64,000 nucleotides of DNA from the human T2T-CHM13v2.0 reference genome, Homo sapiens. The notes under the pieces were generated by a model. The model saw only the letters and a list, made by a program, of their open reading frames with translations, searched no databases and was not told the origin of the DNA. Made by a program: the position numbers and the translations under genes. Positions 60,805 through 64,000 of the stretch are shown piece after piece. Where the stretch lies: the NCBI RefSeq assembly GCF_009914755.1, contig NC_060929.1. One strand, written 5' to 3'. Numbering within the stretch: position 1 is the stretch's first letter; every line of letters begins with the position of its first letter.

Positions 60805-61044
60805 TTTTCTATGTTTCTTACAGGGTCTTTAGATGTTCCCACAGATCCTTTTATGTGATATTCAAGACAGCAAAGAGAAAGGAGGAACAAAAAGCCAATG
60901 AAGTTTTACGCTTTTCTTAACAAAAATCATACCACAAGAAATGAAGCATACAAAAAGACCAAATATACAATTAAAAGAAGTTTCAGTAAACTAGAAAAAT
61001 CCTCAGAAATAGGATCCCAAAGAAAAAAGGCAGAAAGGCCTTTA

Positions 61045-61500
61045 AATATATATATTTATATAAATATATTTTTGCATATTTATATACATATATTTATATA
61101 AATATATTTTTGCATATTTATATACACATATATTTATATATTGTAATAATACATTTATATATTATAATATATAATATAAAAATATTTTATCTATTATATA
61201 TTTTATAATATTTATATATTATATGTTATATATAATATATAACATAATATTATACATTTATATAATATATAAATAAAATATAATATATAAATATATAACA
61301 ATATATTTATAATATAATATAATATAAATTAAATATAAATTAAATATATTTCTATAAATATATAGGTATATATTTATATAAATATATAACTATATTAAAT
61401 ATATACCTATATATTTAATATAGTTATAATATAATATAATATAAATATATGTATATTATATATTTATGTATATAACGATATATTCAACATATATGTTGAA
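61045..61500. repeat. AT-rich (TA)n low-complexity tract
   Basis: About 450 bp nearly pure A/T, with a 38-bp tandem unit at its start. Confidence 0.95.
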
Positions 61501-62094
61501 TATTAGCTTCTAATTAAGCTGACTTCTGATCATAGAGCTTTTTAAAAATATATTTTCAGATCTTTTATTATTGGATTTTGGCTAGGACAAATAGCTAATA
61601 TTCCTGACTTTTAAACTTTTTTATGAAAGGTAACTTTGCAAGTGACTCAACAATTTAACTAAGGACACATGAGGTGTCTCCAAAGAGGTAAAAAGCAGTC
61701 CTCACAAGATGCAGATGCACTGAAAGACAGTTCAAAGAAAATAAAGTTTCAGTAGCCGCAAACGGGATTCAACCCACATCTGTCCAGCCATATTCTCTAG
61801 TGTCTCAACTTCTCAGCTGACTGTCTACACACAAAGGCCCAAAAGCCTCATACGCCCCCACAGATGGAAGGAGGCAGAAAATCAAAAGCTGTCCATGAAA
61901 CAGAAAATGATCAACAACAAATGGGTACCCCAAAAAGCCAAAAGTCACACAAATATCAGACCAAAAGGTACTGGTTCCCTGACTGGTAATCAAACCCAGA
62001 CCACAGTAGTGAAAGCACAGAATTTTAATTACTGGACTGAAAGGTGGAGCAGCTTTATTGTGAATCCTACAGACAGTTTGAGCACATATGTTAT

Positions 62095-63036
62095 TGTGGG
62101 GAAAAGAAAGAGAGATCAGATTGTTACTGTGTCTGTGTAGAAAGAAGTAGACATAGGAGACTCCATTTTGTTCTGTACTAAGACAAATTCTTTTGCCTTG
62201 AGATGCTGTTAATCTATAACCTTACCCCCAACCCCGTGCTCTCTGAAACATGTGATGTGTCAACTTACGGTTAAATGGATTAAGGGCGGTGCAAGATGTG
62301 CTTTGTTAAACAGATGCTTGAAGGCAGCATGCTCATTAAGAGTCTTCACCACTCCCTAATCTCAAGTACCCAGGGACCTCTGCCTAGGAAAGCCAGGTAT
62401 TGTCCAAGGTTTCTCCCCATGTGATAGTCTGAAATATGGCCTCCTGGGAAGGGAAAGACCTGACCATCCCCCAGCCCAACACCCGTAAAGGGTCTGTGCT
62501 GAGGAGGATTAGTATAAGAGGAAGGCATGCCTCTTTGCAGTTGAGACAAGAGGAAGCCATCTGTCTCCTGCCCGTCCCTGGGCAATGGAATGTCTCGGTA
62601 TAAAACCCGATTGTATGTTCCATCTACTGAGATGGGGGAAAACTGCCTTAGGGCTGGAGGTGGGACATGCGGGCAACAATACTGCTTTGTAAGGCATTGA
62701 GATGTTTATGTGTATGCATATCTAAAGCACAGCACTTAATTCGTTACCTTGTCTATGATGCAGAGACCTTTGTTCACGTGTTTATCTGCTGACCTTCTCT
62801 CCACTATTATCCTATGACCCTGCCACATCCCCCTCTCTGAGAAACACCCAAAAATGATGAATAAATACTAAGAGAACTCAGAGGCTGGCGGGATCCTCCA
62901 TATGCTGAACGCTGGTTTCCTGGGTCCCCTTATTTTCTTTCTCTATACTTCGTCTCTGTGTCTTTTTCTTTTCCAAGTCTCTCGTTCCACCTAACGAGAA
63001 ACACCCACAGGTGTGGAGGGGCAACCCACCCCTTCA
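62095..63036 (+). mobile_element. HERV-K(HML-2) solo LTR, LTR5B-like
   Basis: TGTGGGGAAAAGAAAGAGAGATCAG ... CCACCCCTTCA; 5-bp TSD GTTAT. Confidence 0.95.
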
Positions 63037-64000
63037 GTTATGATTTTCACTTTGTGTTAGGTCAGATTTTTGCTGTTTAATTTTGTCAAGAGAATTTCTA
63101 AGGTTAGCCATGATACTATTATATGTCTTTATTTTAATTTGGTCTGTCTATAAACACAAAGAAGGCAATTGTTTAGAACCAAGCAACAAGAGTTGAGATG
63201 ACAAAAGCCCACAGTGATGGGACTTTTAAGACAAACTCCCCTGAGAGCTTGACACATTCATAACAAAAAGTGTGCTGCTTAAAATCTTACATGTCTCACG
63301 TCCCAGCCATTTTCAGACTGGTCACCTTATATGACCTGAAAATCATGCCTCATAGATAGTGGAGACCAAGAGAGAGTGCTCCCACTTTGTCACCAGCCAC
63401 ACTTTCAAGGATATAAAACAAGATGAAAGGGGAATCTCATATGGTTTTTATTTTGGGGGCCCACAACAAAGTTTATATGCTGTTCTGGTCAGAACTACAA
63501 TTCTGACAAGTCCGCAAGGCTGGCTGGAAAAATGGGCTTATAAAGGCTTTAGGCCTATGTTCTACCTCATGCTTGGTACCCTTCTTTATGACATAACAAC
63601 ACGGAAAGACAAAGAAAGAAAAAGTTGATTTCTGGGACAAAAAGGATCAAATAATATGAATACTTAAACCAAAAATTACACCAGAGTCACAACACCCAAG
63701 ACTACTCACACAAATCCTTGTCTCCCATTAATCAAGATTTTGCAGAGAAAAGAGACAAACAGGGATTTTAACTGTCAACTTGATCAGATTCCACAGAAAG
63801 AGAGGCCAGAAGCTTGGCCGGTAAGAAATTCTTGTTCTTCTGGCAGCTAGTCAGGTCCTGGGTTCCCTTCACTCTGGCTTAAGAGCAGAATAGTTTTGGT
63901 ATACTGCTCACAGCACCAAAACTATAGGAGCCAAGCAAAAACTTCCCCTTTGCCCTCTGAAGGTCCACTGAAAAATCAACTGATAAAAGGCAGCTTAATA

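Overview
Hominid (human-like) genomic DNA. It holds the complete PAIP1 gene on the minus strand: 11 coding exons, all GT-AG, 1440 nt, 479 aa, with a CpG-island promoter at about 37.9-39.2 kb and a 3' UTR ending near 6980. Everything else is mostly transposable elements. Two SVAs in inverted orientation bracket the gene, and there are about 25 Alus. From 45.2 kb to the window end lies a nested ERV stack: an outer minus-strand ERV1 provirus with a tRNA-Ser PBS, containing a deleted MER41-type provirus, THE1/MST LTRs, Alus, an SVA and a HERV-K LTR5 solo LTR. The most notable unexplained structure is three short (31-80 bp) dispersed local duplications that look like templated insertions. One of them copies the PAIP1 intron-7 segment lying between a weak donor and a consensus cryptic donor. 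Also notable: a head-to-head AluY pair inserted at one palindromic endonuclease site, a 20-bp putative 5' transduction on one SVA, and candidate post-transcriptional elements in PAIP1 (uORF, tandem Pumilio sites, candidate microexon). I found no convincing novel protein-coding system. Repeat subfamily names come from recalled consensus sequences and need Dfam/RepeatMasker confirmation.
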